Shown piece by piece: positions 37,213-50,057 of a stretch of DNA of 64,000 nucleotides. Source of the stretch: Hemiscyllium ocellatum (taxonomy: Eukaryota). The translations under genes and the position numbers were made by a program. Numbering within the stretch: the stretch's first letter is position 1; every line of letters starts with the position of its first letter. The DNA is taken from assembly GCF_020745735.1 (NCBI RefSeq), contig NC_083424.1, positions 59,403,479-59,467,478 of the forward strand. Reading direction: 5' to 3'. The notes below the pieces were generated by a model. That model had not been told where the DNA came from, searched no databases, and saw only the letters and a program-made list of their open reading frames with translations.

Positions 37213-37343
37213 TAAAAAAAACCCATTCTAAAAGATGAAAGGCCTAACAGCAATCTAGATTTATTCAATATATCGCTTCATTTGCATAACACTGTAATCT
37301 TTTGCTATCAATTTTGCATCTTATGATCCTGCTCCACAGCTAC

Positions 37344-37372
37344 CTGATGAAGGAGCAGCGCTCCGAAAGCTA
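37344..37372 (+). ncRNA. Minimal type I hammerhead ribozyme motif (PLE family 2)
   Basis: CUGAUGA-A-GGAGC(AGC)GCUCC-GAAA-GC-UA. Palindromic AGCU; stem I UAC/GUG. Confidence 0.6.
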
Positions 37373-37549
37373 GTGATTCCAAATAAACCTGTTGGACTAC
37401 AACCTGGTGTTGTGTGATTATTGAGATGGGAATTGAATGCAAGATTCGGGATGATACGCTTCAGTTACACAGGGAGACCACATCTGGAGTATTGCATACA
37501 GTCTCGGTCAACTTATTGAAGAAAGATGTAACTGCATTGGAAGCTGTTG

Positions 37550-40500
37550 TTAAAGTCTCCAGCACAGAGACAAATAGGACATAGTGTTTGGAAAGGATTA
37601 GCAATAAAACCTCAAGCACACTGGATAAATGACTGACAATGGGAAGAGGGACGGTTAACACAGCACTGAGGGTGTCCTATCTGAATGCACGCAGTATAAG
37701 GAATAAGGTAAATGGGCTTGTGGCACAGATTGAAGTTGGCAGGTATGACATGGTGGACATCACAGAGACATGGCTACAAGAGGTTCAGATTTGGGAACTG
37801 AATATTCAAGGATATACATCCAATTGAAAAGGTAGGGAAAAGATTGGGGTTGCCTTATTAGTAAGAAATGAAATTAAATCAAAAGTAAGAAATGTAGTAG
37901 GATCAGATGGTGTAGAATCTGTGCGGGTAGAATTGAGGAACACAAAGGTCAAAAAAATCATAGTTGGCATTATGTACAGGCCTCCAAACAGGAGTTAGGA
38001 GTTGGGGGGCTAGATACACCAGGAGATAGAAAAGGTGTGTAGGAAAAGTAAAGTTACAGTGGCAGATTTCAATATGGAGGTGGATTGGGAAAATCAGCTT
38101 GGTAGATGATTACAAGAAAAGGAATTTGTGGAATGTTTATGTGATGGCCTTTTGGAGCAGCTTGTGGTGGAGCCCACAAGGGAACAGGCAACACTGGAAT
38201 TAGTGTTGGGCAATGAGGCAGACTTAATAAGGGAGCTTAAGGTGAAGGAACCCTTAGGAGGCAGTGACCATAATACGATTGAATTTACTCTGTAATTTGG
38301 GAGGGAGAAGATAGAGGCAACAGTATTACAGCTGTATAAAGGCAACCACAGAGGTATGGGGGAAGAGCGGGGTAGAATTGACTGGGAGAGGAGCCAAGCA
38401 GAAACAGCAATGGCAGGAGTTTCTGGGAATAATTCAGGAGAGACAGCAGAAATTCATCCTGAGGAAAAGGAAGCATGGTACAGGGAGGATGAAGCAACCA
38501 TGGCTGACTAGGGAAGTCAGGGATAACATCAAAGCAAAAGAGAAAGCATATAATATGATGAAGGGCAGAGGGAAACCAGAGGATCGGGAAGCTTTCAAAG
38601 ACCAATAAAGGACAACAAGAGAAGAAATAAGGAGGGAAAAGATTAAATGTGAGGGTAAGCTAGTCAATAATATAAAAGAAGACTGTAGGAGTTTCTTTAG
38701 ATATATAAAGGGCAAAAGAGGGGCAAAGGTGAACATTGGGCTGCTGAAAAATGACACTGGAGAGATAATAGTGAAAAACAAGGAAATGGCTGAGGAACTG
38801 AATAATTACTTCGCATCAGTCTTCATGATGGAAACATGAGTAATATCCCACCAATTCAAAAGGGTTGGGGGCAGAGCTGAGAATCACCAAGGAGAAGCTG
38901 CTCAAAAAACAGACTGGTCTGAAGGTGGATAAATCACCTGGACCAGATGGACTACACCCCAGAGTTCTAAGGGAGATAGCTGAAGGATAGTGGAGGCATT
39001 AGTGGTGATCTTTCAGGAAAACCTAGAGTCAGGGAGAGTCCCAGAGGATTGGAAAAATCCCTAATGTGACACCCCTGTTTAAAAAGGGAGTAAGGCAAAC
39101 AACAGGAAATTACAGACTGATTAGCCTAACCTCAGACATGGGTGATCCCAGAATCCATTGTGAAGGATAAGATTTCGGAATACTCAGAAGTGCCCCACCC
39201 CCTCCCATTTATCTCTCCACTCCTGAGGCTCCCACCCTCATTCCTGATGAAGGGCTCCAGCCCAAAATGTCGATTTTTCTGCTCCTCGGATGCTGCCTGA
39301 CCTGCTGTGCTTTTCCAGCACCACACTCTCAACTCTGCAGACCTCATTGTCTCCTTTGGCAAAATAGGGCAAAGTCTTCATAGTTTCATCAAGGGGAGGT
39401 CATTCTTGACAAATCTGTTACAATTCTTAAAGGAAGTAAGAGAAGGTTAGACCAAGGAGAGCCAATGGATGTTATCTACCTGGACTTCAAGAAAGCTTTG
39501 ACAAGGTGACGCACAGGAGGCTACAGAGTAAGATAAGGGCCCATGGTGTCAGAGACAAGGTGCATGGATGGAAGCCTGGCTGTCTGGCAGAAAGCAGAGA
39601 GTAGGGATAAAACGGTCCTTCTCAGGATGGCAGCCAGTGACAAGTGGTGTTCCACAAGGCTCAGTGTTGGGACCACAACTTTTCACTTTATACAGTAACA
39701 ATCTAGATGAAGGGACTGAGGGCATTCTGGCTATGTTTGAGATGATACAAAGTTAGGTAGAGGGACAGGTAGCATTGAAGAGGTGGGGAGGCTGCAGAAG
39801 AATTCGGACAGGTTAGGACAGTGGGCAAAGACGTGGCAGATGGAGTACAAAGTGGGAAAGTGTGAGCTCATGCACTTTGGTAGGAAGAATAGATACATGG
39901 ATTATTTTCTAAATGAGGAGAAAATTCAGAAATCTGAAATGTAAAGAAACTTGGGAGTTCTAGTCCAGGATCCTCTCAAGGGAAACTCACAGGTTGAGTC
40001 ACTGGTTAGGAAGGCAAATGCAATGATGGCATTTATTTTGGGAGGACATGAATATAAAAGCAGGGATGTAATTCTGAGGCTCAATAAAGCTCTGGTCAAA
40101 CCACATTGGGAGTAATGTGCACAGTTTTGGGCCCCATATCTCAGGCAGGATGTACTGATTCTGGACCATGTTCAGAGGAGGTCTACGACAGTGGCCCCAG
40201 GAATGAAAAGCTTAACATTTGAGGAATGTTTGAGGACTCTGGGTCTATACCAGATGGGGTTTAGAAGGATGAGGGGGGATCTAATTGAAACATACAGAAT
40301 ACTGAATGGCCTGGATGTTGGGTAGATGTTTCCATTGGTAGGAGAGACCATACCCGAGGGTATAGCCTTAGAGTAAAGGGAAGACCTTTTCAAAAGGAGA
40401 TAAGGAGAATCTTCTTCAGCCAGAGTGGTGAGTCTATGGAATTCATTGCCACAGAAGGCTGTGGAGGTCAGGTCAGTGAGTATATTTAAGACTGAGCTAG

Positions 40501-40612
40501 GTTCTTGATTGTCAAAGGGATTATGGGTTACGGGGAGAAAGTGGGGTTGAGAAATTTATCACCCATGGTGGACTGAATAGCCTAACATCTGCTCCTAAGC
40601 CTTGTGGTCTTA
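37550..40612 (+). mobile_element. CR1 LINE, ~3 kb ORF2 remnant (APE endonuclease + RT), nested in an older CR1
   Basis: YLNARSIRNK..ITETWL, SDHN, KSPGPDGLHPRVL and [14 protein letters not shown] motifs with many stops and frameshifts. Confidence 0.93.
39190..39356 (+). mobile_element. PLE family-1 fragment inside the long CR1
   Basis: cctgatgaagggctccagcccaaaatgtcga..gatgctgcctgacctgctgtgcttttccagc. Confidence 0.75.
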
Positions 40613-40649
40613 TAGTTCAGAGAAGTTTTACTAGACTAACATCTGCAAT

Positions 40650-40757
40650 AGCTGAAAATGTGTTGTTGGAAAACCGCAGCAGGTCAGGCAGCATCCAAGG
40701 AGCAGGAGATTCGACTTTTCGGGCATGAGCCCTTCTTCAGGAATGACCTTCTTCAGG
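40650..40757 (-). mobile_element. PLE family-1 single-arm insertion
   Basis: AACATCTGCAATAGCTG duplicated at 40638-40654 and 40758-40774. Confidence 0.8.
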
Positions 40758-42528
40758 AACATCTGCAATAGCTGGGCTGGCATCTCAGGAATGGCAGGAA
40801 TAGCTACACTGGTATCTGTTAGAACTTATGGGTAAGGGAAAACTTGATTCAAACCTCCAAGATCCCAAGGATGTTTGGCTGGGGGCATTCAGAAGGGATA
40901 TTTTTTCCTGTGGGAGAATCTAGAGCCAGGGGTCACTAAGCAGGGCTTGACCATTTAAAATCTTTCTTCTCTCCGAGAGTCATGAGTCTGGGAACTCCCT
41001 TCCTCAAACGTCAGCACAAGCAGTGTCTTTGAATATTCTAACGCAGAGGTAGATAGCTTGTTGGTGCACAAGGGAGTGAATAGTCAGCAACGTGAGGTAA
41101 TCAGATCAGCCATGATATTATTGAAAGGCAGAGCAGGTTACTATCCTGTTCGTAATCTCGGTGGTGTTTTTCTCCCGTGCCTTGTGGTGAAGTTGGAACA
41201 TGGTGATATTTCACTTGTATTTAGCATTTAGAGTGAATCACCTCCATTGCTCAACATGAAGACTGATGGTGATGGTACAATGGAGCATGAACTAAGAGTC
41301 AAGTCTGTGCCTGCTCGCTGTAGCTCGCTCTGAGAGCGTAACTGGCTGTTTATCAGCGACGCTGCTGTGGAATGATTATCAATGACAGCATCTACAGAGT
41401 AGAGCACACAGGAGCCAACATCCTGAATTTCTTTTCACAGTATCTTCCAGTCAGACAACTGGCAGGATTTAGGGAAAGCAAGAGAGGTCGCACACAATGG
41501 GGAAGGGGTTCACTCCCCCCTTCCCTCTCAGTATACCACCCTATGATTTGGCACCGTTTCCCATTGGGAATTGTGTGTTCTCAGGTTCAGACTGCAGAGT
41601 CTCATCACTGAGGTTATAAATGTAATCAAGTGTCAACAGATACTGGCCTTGGCACTGTTATGTGGACTGTCCACTATACATTCCACCCCAAAAGTTACAG
41701 TGAAGTTGACAGTGATTTTCACAGTCCAGGGGATGCTCTCATCACTGAGTTCAGAACTTCTGGGTACAATTCTAAACCCAGAAACTGAACAGAATGTTTA
41801 ATTGATCCTACAGTGCTAGATTGAGGGTGAGCTGCATTATGTACATATCATTTTTCAAATAAGACATGAAACTGAGTCCCACAAACACACATCACAAAAT
41901 CCCATCCAGTTTTATACCTGGAGTATGTATTGCAAGTACAAAGCTCCCCCAGTGGCAGGGTGGGTTAACAAAAGCTCCCAACAATGCTCCCTTCTTGTCA
42001 GTTGTTTTTAACAAATCAAACATGACACTGTACAACAGTTAGGAGGAAGGAGACTGGACACTAATGCAAAAGGGAGAGACCATGGAGGATGACCAAGATT
42101 TTGTCACTTCTCGTGAGGTCCATCCACATCTGGCAGGCTTCATAAATAGCAGACAGGAGTCAATCCCAGTGATTCCTGCCCCCCGTTCCTGTTGCGGATT
42201 ATTTTGAACTGTGTAGGATAGGGTTTTGAGTTGCATGTCTGCAAGTAGCTGGCCCAATGTTGCCAGCTTCATTACAGGCTTGGACATTTCAGTTTAATCT
42301 GAAGAAGTCAGGTCAACTTCTAAAGGTGACGGTGGTTTACACCACTCAGATGTACTGTGAACCTCGGATCAAGGCTGTTCTGCTGTTGTGAAGCTTTTGA
42401 TTAAAGCATTTAATCATGAATACTTGGCTGAGCTCCATATCTAGTTATGGATTCAGCCCAGCAGATTCTAATGATAAAGTTTTAAAGGGAACTGTGAATG
42501 TATTTATTTTGAAATTGCTATTTCGAGA

Positions 42529-42841
42529 GGTGGCACGGTGGCACAGTGGTTAGCACTGCTGCCTCACAGCGACTGAGACCCGGGTTCAATTCCCGACTCA
42601 GGCGACTGACTGTGTGGAGTTTGCACATTCTCCCCGTGTCTGCGTGGGTTTCCTCCGGGTGCTCCGGTTTCCTCCCACAGTCACAAAGATGTGCGGGTCA
42701 GGTGAATTGGCCATGCTAAATTGCCCATAGTCTTAGGTAAGGGGTAAATGTAGGGGTATGGGTGGGTTGCGCTTCGGCGGGTCGGTGTGGACTTGTTGGG
42801 CCGAAGGGCCTGTTTCCACACTGTAAGTAATCTAATCTAAT
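42529..42841 (+). mobile_element. HE1-type SINE, full length, young
   Basis: A/B boxes, core and (TCTAA)n tail. Confidence 0.95.
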
Positions 42842-45800
42842 GAAGTGGTTTTTGAATGACTGTTTACTTTGACAATTGTATGGTATCTCAAAATATTTTC
42901 AAACATTATTCGAGTGACACGTGTTGGACCTGGATGAGTTGGCATGGAAAGATCAGGAGATTATGGGAGGGTGGATAGGAGTTGACAGGGTGAGAGGTAG
43001 GGGGTCATCTAGGTTAATGTCCCTCAAAATCGAAGCACAGCTTTGAACCTCCTCACCACAGCAACTGCTCATGAATGCTTTCACCTTGGAGTTGCTTCAG
43101 AAGCCTGTGGAACCAACTCTGGATCACACATGCCACCCGACCATTAATATATCATGGGCAGCATTGCCAACAGCGCAGAGTAGAGAAATGGCTCTACACA
43201 GACCCCCATCTTCAAGGTGGATGCCTGCTCCCAGTCTACGTTTCAGGCGCTGATCCTTAAGATCCAAAGGTGCTCATTTAAAGAAGGGTAGAAGTGTTCC
43301 CCATAACATCCTTGTCAAGTGTGAAAAGCATAAACATATCATAGAATTATTCAGCACAAAGAGGCCATTTGGCGCATTGTGTCAGGCTTGGAACTTGGAA
43401 AAGAGCTATTCAATTAATGTTCGTCTCCTTGATTTTCTGCACAGGCCTACAGGTCTTTCCCCATCAGGTTACTTTATTGAATTCTATTTTGACATCTATT
43501 CTATTAGCTTTGTTGTGAGGCAGCATATTCCAGATCACCACGACTCACTGTGGGGAAACATTTCCTCATGCCCACTTTTGTTTGTGTTGCTAATAGGTAT
43601 TCTTTGTTTGTCAACTCTTCAGCCAAAAGGAAAGTTTCTCTCAAGATAAACTGTCAAAACTATTCATCAGCTCTACTAAATATCCTCCTAATCTTTACTG
43701 TTCGATAAGAGGCGAGTTTTTTTCATGAACTGTTGCAACCCATAATGGTGGGAGTGCTCCCTGTCCTCAGGAAATACCCCTCCCTCTCCTTTAAACTGTT
43801 CACAACCTGTGTCATACTTCACTTAGATTACATGTTTGTGCCGTCATTAAACCTTATCTATTCCCACTCCACTGCCCCCCCCCATTAATGTCACCTTGAC
43901 TCCGCCCTTATGTCAGCTCATCTGCTGCAGAAGCCTTCACTCTTGCCTTAGACTGTTCCAGTGTACTCCTGGCCAGCTCATCAATTCTGAACTTGCAGCC
44001 CTGACCTTGATGTTACAAAATGTGGAGGGAATGCAAGTTCCAAAGAGGACACAAAGAGATGAGGACAGGTTCAGTCAGTAACAGGGGAGTGCGGTTGGAG
44101 CATAATGTGAAAACGTATGTCGTTATTCACTTTGGAAAAGCAGAAGTTTCTTTTTAGAAAAGGTGTGAAACTTGTAAATGTTGATTACAGGCTGATTTTA
44201 AGTACTCTTACAAAGAACACTAGTTTGAATAGGAAGGGGGAAGGCACTTTGACCTTGATTGCAAAGTAGATTGGTTGGTTGGAGCACACTTGGAATACTA
44301 TCTGCACCGTGGTCTACATACCAAGGATAGGTATTCAAGGTTCCCTTGCTGGTTGCTGGGAACTGTTCTGTTGTAACTGGATGAATAAATTGAGTCTATA
44401 CCCTCTAGAAATTAAAACCATGAGAGGAATCTCATTAAAAACATAACCATGTCTCACTGAAGAGACTCAGGTAGTCACAGAGATTCTAGCATCAGGAGGG
44501 GGTAGGGATACAATCAGTTTGGACGAAGATATTTCACCCTTGAAGATTCTTAGAGGCTCTCAAGAGAGGGTCTCTCAGAAAATCAAGGGATATCTGTATA
44601 CAGGGAGCAGGCAGGTCAGCCATGATGGTACTGAATGATGAAGCAGGTTTGGTGGGCACTATGGTCTACTCCTTTATCTATTTCTGTGTTCTTGCTTTCT
44701 TCAGTTTACCCGTTGGTCCAGTACTACCTGGCCTACACTGACATCCAGTCAAATAACATCTCAATCTTATAATTCTCATCCCTGTTTTCAAACCTGTCCA
44801 TGGGCTTGTCTCTCCCAAGATCCATCCCTACATGCCACTTAAATATCTGTGCTGTCTTAGTTCAGGTGTCCTGTGTATCCCCAAGTTTATCGTTCTGCTA
44901 TTGATTAACATGTCTTCAACTGCTGATCTCTAAACCTCTTCATTTTTCTCAAAGCTGCTTCTTAAAAGCTTTACTCTGTCTCCAAGTTACTGGTGGGCGA
45001 TGCTAATATCTCCTTACTTGACTCAAACACGACTTTATAAAGTTCCCATGAAACAGTGATCACAAACTGTTTTGGTGGAACGAACCCCTTCAAATTAATT
45101 TATAATCATTGAGCCCCAACTAAATTTATATTCTGAAATAATACACGTGATATTAAAGTGCTGCATGAAAATGTGGCTTCATTCTGCTATAAAGAATTTA
45201 CTGACAGAAATCAGTGAGATGGTGGTGTCAGCTTTTCATAGCACTGTCTGTGAATTCATGGCATTGTAGAGGGGGAGAGAGAGAGAGAGAGAGAGAGTGA
45301 AAGAGGGAAAGCAGAAGTGTGGAAATACAGCAGAGATAGCCAATACAGAGGTAAGAGTGAAAGCCCATAAGAAGGGTTAGGACAAAAGTAGAACGCGGAA
45401 GTGAACAGGAGTCCAAAGAGTGTCCATTGGAGAACCAGCTGAGAAGGCACACAGATACAGCTGGAAATGTTCTTGGCTCCTTCTCACTCCTTTATTCTCG
45501 ACTGCAGTGTCCTGTGAGGTCGTTCACCCAAGGAAGGAGGAGAATAACAATGGTTACAGATTTTGTTTTGGCCATTCAATACATGGCATAATTAAAGTTG
45601 ATTAATCCCATATCCTGGCTGAATGTTTTCATTGGGTACAGACAAGTGTGGCTGTCAGTGTGTAGTGTACAAAAATATCACATTGAAAGCCACGATCATA
45701 GTATCCCTTTGGTGTTTGGCCACATAATGTGTTATCACACAGCCTCTCTGCTGCTGCAGGGAGTTCTGATGGAAAGTGTTCCAATCTGGTTACAAGCCAA

Positions 45801-47704
45801 GTCCACAGGAAGTAGCTCAAAATTCAAACAGGATATCCCACTTTTCTACATCCTTTCTTTAATGAGAGTGCAATATTAATAACTGCCACACTCATGACAG
45901 TGAATCAAACAAACCATCACAGTATTGTCAACATCGAAATTCAAAACAGAATATTCTAGGAACACTCAGCAGGTGAAGCAGCACCTTATAGAGAATGCTA
46001 CAGTGTTAATATCTCAATTAAAAGTCCTTTCACCTGAAGGAAAATTTATACCTACAACATTCGAATATTCTCTCTGGCTATAAATGTTAACATGGAAAAC
46101 AGGAGCAGCAGTAGGCCATTCAACCCTTTGAGTCAACACCACCATCCAATACAATCTTGGCTGTTCATCCAATTGAGTCCCCTGTTCCTGCTTTCCCCCA
46201 TTCCCTTTGATCCCATTAGCTCCAATTGCTATGCAACTCGCTGAAATCATCCCCAAACTTCCAGACTGGGTGTGACAAATATATGCAGAAAATATTGACC
46301 AATCATTGAACTGAAAGCCCAAGAACTAGTTTCCTCAATCTTCTGATATTTTCTCTCAATCTCTGTACATCTAAAGAGTTGAGTCAGGTTACTCTGACTA
46401 AAGTTGCAACAAACAATAGAAAATGCTCAACAGGAAAGGGAAGTTAGCATTCCATGCTGGAAACTTGCTGCTGCAACATTGGAGTGGAAATCCATCAATG
46501 TAACTTTAGAATAAACCTGAAAGTAAGGACAACTACACAGTTTGAAATCATACACAGATCTCGACAAAGATACAGCACGGAGGCATTTGTAAACAAAATG
46601 CGACAATATTTGGCCTGATAGTCAGCCCCTCGCACAAAAAACTGAATCACTATGGTTTCAAAGGCTGGGATTTCTTCTCAATGCAGAGCGACTAATTCCT
46701 TGAAGCATTAACAGACTTACACAGAGTTATGCAAGAGCTGATAAATTGTCCAAATTTCCTCAAGCAGTCAGTACATCTTTTGCTTCGATATGCCATGACT
46801 TAACACCAGGTACACAGCTCATCCTCTCCAAATGGGCAGGACATATGGGCTTTCCATGAATATACTGTTTCATAATGACTGCAAGCTTAAATCCAAATTT
46901 CTAGAGATAAGGGACACAGAATCATATTATTGCTGGGTTGAGGCAATATTTCTCTCCTCAGATGTCACATAGCATTTCCAGATTTCTTCTTCTGCTAGCA
47001 TTACAATGAGGTATATTAAAAATGCCAATGAGATATCAGGGCATGGCTTCACCCTTAAACAAGCAATATACGAGATGACCTGAGCTTCATTTGGATTTTA
47101 ATTGATTACTATGTTTAGATGGCAACTGATGTGTTTGGCACAACATTTTAATATTCAATTGTCATCACCTAAATGGCCAAACTAACTACTCAGGAACATG
47201 AGAAAAGGGAGCAGCAGAGGATTATACCACCTCCTGAGTTTGTTCCATTATCCAGCATGATCACTGCTGATCTGCCACATCAACTCCATTCTCCCACCCA
47301 TCCCCACGTCCCATGTACCTTGTGGGACCAAAGATCTGTTTGACTTATCAACAATGGAACATCCACAACTCTGAGGAGTCAAGGTCTTTTTAGAACCTAT
47401 TTAGAAAACTTAACAACAACACACTCAATTTCCATTGCAAAAGTCTACTATACAACTCCTGCCACCAATGCTCCTATCCTTTCTGTTAAACTATCTATTC
47501 CTCACATTTTAGAATATTCCAATGCATTGTAACTTTCTGTTTCATTTAAGAGTAGGTGCACAAACATTTATTTCTCAGCTTCTCAACTTTCAATCTAACG
47601 AAAGCTCGATTTCTGTGGATGTCACACCTGACACCACTATTCAATTCACAATCCTTTGAGTGAAAATCTTTCTCCTTAGCTTAGCCCAAAATACTTCAGT
47701 ACTT

Positions 47705-48170
47705 AGAGTCATAGAGTCTGACAGCATGGAAACAGACCTTCTGGTCTAACTGATCCATGCTGACCAGGTTTTTGCCTGTATTTGGCCCTCCACGCCTTTC
47801 CTATTCATGTAGCTGCCCAACTGTCTTTCAAATGTTGTACCCACCCATACCATTTCCTCTGGTAGCTCATTCCACATGTGCACCATCCTCTTTGCAAAGA
47901 AGTTGCCTTCCGATTCTTTTTAATTCTTTCCCCTCTCACCTTAAACCTACGCCCTCTAGTTTTGGTGTCCCTTATCCTGGGGAAAAGACCTTTGCTTTTC
48001 ACCTTATCTATGCCCTTATGATTTTATAAACCTCTATACGGATACCCCTCAGCATCCGATGCTCCAGTCCCAGCAACATCCTTGGCCATCTTTTCTGCAA
48101 CCTTTCCAGTTTAATGGCATCCTTCCTCGAGTAGGGAAAACAGAATCGTATGCAGTATTCTAAAAGTCCT
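47705..48170 (-). mobile_element. CR1 3' fragment
   Basis: GLFPRIRDTKTRGRRFKVRGE; (TCTATGAC) tail. Confidence 0.8.
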
Positions 48171-48754
48171 TATCTGGAGATCATGTTCTAGATTTCTTGT
48201 TAAGCTCCTTTAGCATTGTGCATATTTCAATGAGATCACTTATTAGTCTTCAAAACCGCAGAGAATATGAGCCAAATTTGCTCAATCTCTCAGTGTATCG
48301 TCTTCAAGGCACATGTATCCTGCCTGACAAAGTATTCTGCAAACTTTGATCTCAACTGTACAATTGTAGCAAACAGTCTTTATTCTTGTCCTTCAATCCA
48401 ATGCAAAAAAAACATGAAATGTGTCTTCATTGCTTGCATTAGCTGAATGTTATTTAAAATAAGGACTTCCTGTGTGAATCTACAAGTCCCTCTGAAACTT
48501 TTCAGAGTTTTACATTTTCTATTCTTACAACCAAAGTGGATAGTCTCACATATCCACAGTGTCTGCTGGCTTGCTGATTACTCACATAACGCTCTATATT
48601 CCTGCGCAGTTTTTATTTATCGTCCTCACATCTCACATTTCCCATCTAGCATTGTCTCGTCAGCAAGTTTAGATGCATTATTCTCAGTCTCTTTATCCAA
48701 GTTACTAATGTAGATTGTAATTAGCTGAGGCCCCAGGAATGATCTCATGACACT

Positions 48755-49190
48755 CGGTACAGCAACTGCTCTACCCAAGAGCATAAGAAACTACAGAAAG
48801 TTGTGAACACAGCCCAGACCAAGCCAACCTCGCAACTATTGACTCCATCTACAATTCCTGTTGCTGCAGAGGCAAATACCCCTCCCCACCTTAGTTATAA
48901 TCTCTTCCAACCTCATCCGTCAGGCAGAAGATACAAAAGCTACGTATGTACCATCAGGTTGAAGAACTGCTTCTTCCCTATTGTTATTACACTGCTGGAT
49001 AGAAACTCCCTAATTTCAAATCGATTATTGATCTGGCTTTTTTGTGCACCTTCTTTGCAGCTGTAACTTTGTATCCCTCGCTCTGTTCAACCACCCCATG
49101 ATTTTTTATGTGTTTCCATGTTACTGTTCACAAAACAAAACTTTTCATTGTATTTAAGCACATGTGACAAGAACAAATCAAATCAAATCA
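48755..49190 (+). mobile_element. Rex1/Babar-type LINE 3' fragment
   Basis: YSNCS.QEHKKLQKVVNTAQ..PSGRRYKS..RLKNCFFP; ends in an (AAATC)n tail. Confidence 0.7.
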
Positions 49191-50057
49191 AAGACTGATA
49201 ACTTGAAAATGCCTCATTTAAGCTTACTCTTTGCTTCCTGTCCACTAACCAAGACTAGCCATGCTAAGATATTGTCCCCAGCTCCAGGAATTGATATGTT
49301 TCTTGTTAGATTTTTCTGTGGCACCTTATCGATTCCTTTTGGAAGTTTACATAAACTAGATCAGGTTTATTTTATTTAACTTACTGGTTGCTCCCTCAAA
49401 AACTCTAGTAAGCTTGTCAAGTAGGAATTGTCTTTCTTCAAGCTACAATGATGTTGTCCAATGGCTTTCAAAGTATATTATCCGTTCCGGAATAAATCTG
49501 TTCTAAGATTTTTTTTCTGACAACTGATGTCAGACTTACTTGTAAGCCTTTAATCTGTTATCTTACTCCTGCAAGTCTCTGCTGATATTATTTAAAATGG
49601 CCAACTAGATTAGATTAGATGGTATTTCCCTCACGACTATTATCAGAACCGGAGTGTAACCAATGGGGTATGTAATTTATATCTGCTATTATGAAAACAG
49701 ACAATAATTGTTCAATGGGAAGCATTGCTGCAACTGTACTAGGCATCAGTGAAACCACACCAGAAGTGTATAGTTTTGCTCCCCTTATTTAAGGAGGGAG
49801 GCAGTTCAGAGGAGGTTCAATAGATTGATTCCAGAGATGAGGGATTTGTCTTATGAGGAGAGATTGAGCAGTTTTGGATTATACTCATAGGAGTTTAGAA
49901 GAATGAGAGGAGATCTAATTGAAGTATATATGATTTATAAAAGGGATTTGCAAATTCGAGATAGAAGGGATATTTCCTTCTGTGGGACAATCTAGAATGA
50001 GAGATCATTGTTTTAGGATAAGGGTAGCAATTTTAAAACAGAGATATGAGGAAATTA

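Larger units (their letters stand above)
36698..37417. mobile_element. PLE family-2 element with inverted arms
   Basis: Arms at about 36745-36860 and 37298-37417; TTATTGAG flanks; contains an HE1 insertion. Confidence 0.8.
35865..41160 (+). mobile_element. Older CR1 fragment acting as host to several nested insertions
   Basis: CR1 RT and 3' sequence at about 35865-36429, 36641-36697, 37418-37548 and 40613-41160 is collinear once the inserts are removed. Confidence 0.75.

Noticed and set aside
15364-42841. tRNA genes suggested by A/B boxes
   Set aside because: The boxes belong to SINE heads followed by the SINE core and tail; no complete cloverleaf was seen.
45270-45430. Purine-rich stretch with CCAAT, an ETS-like CGGAAGTG and a + strand donor GAG|GTAAGA
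   Set aside because: Short motifs are expected by chance, and nothing else supports an antisense exon or promoter.
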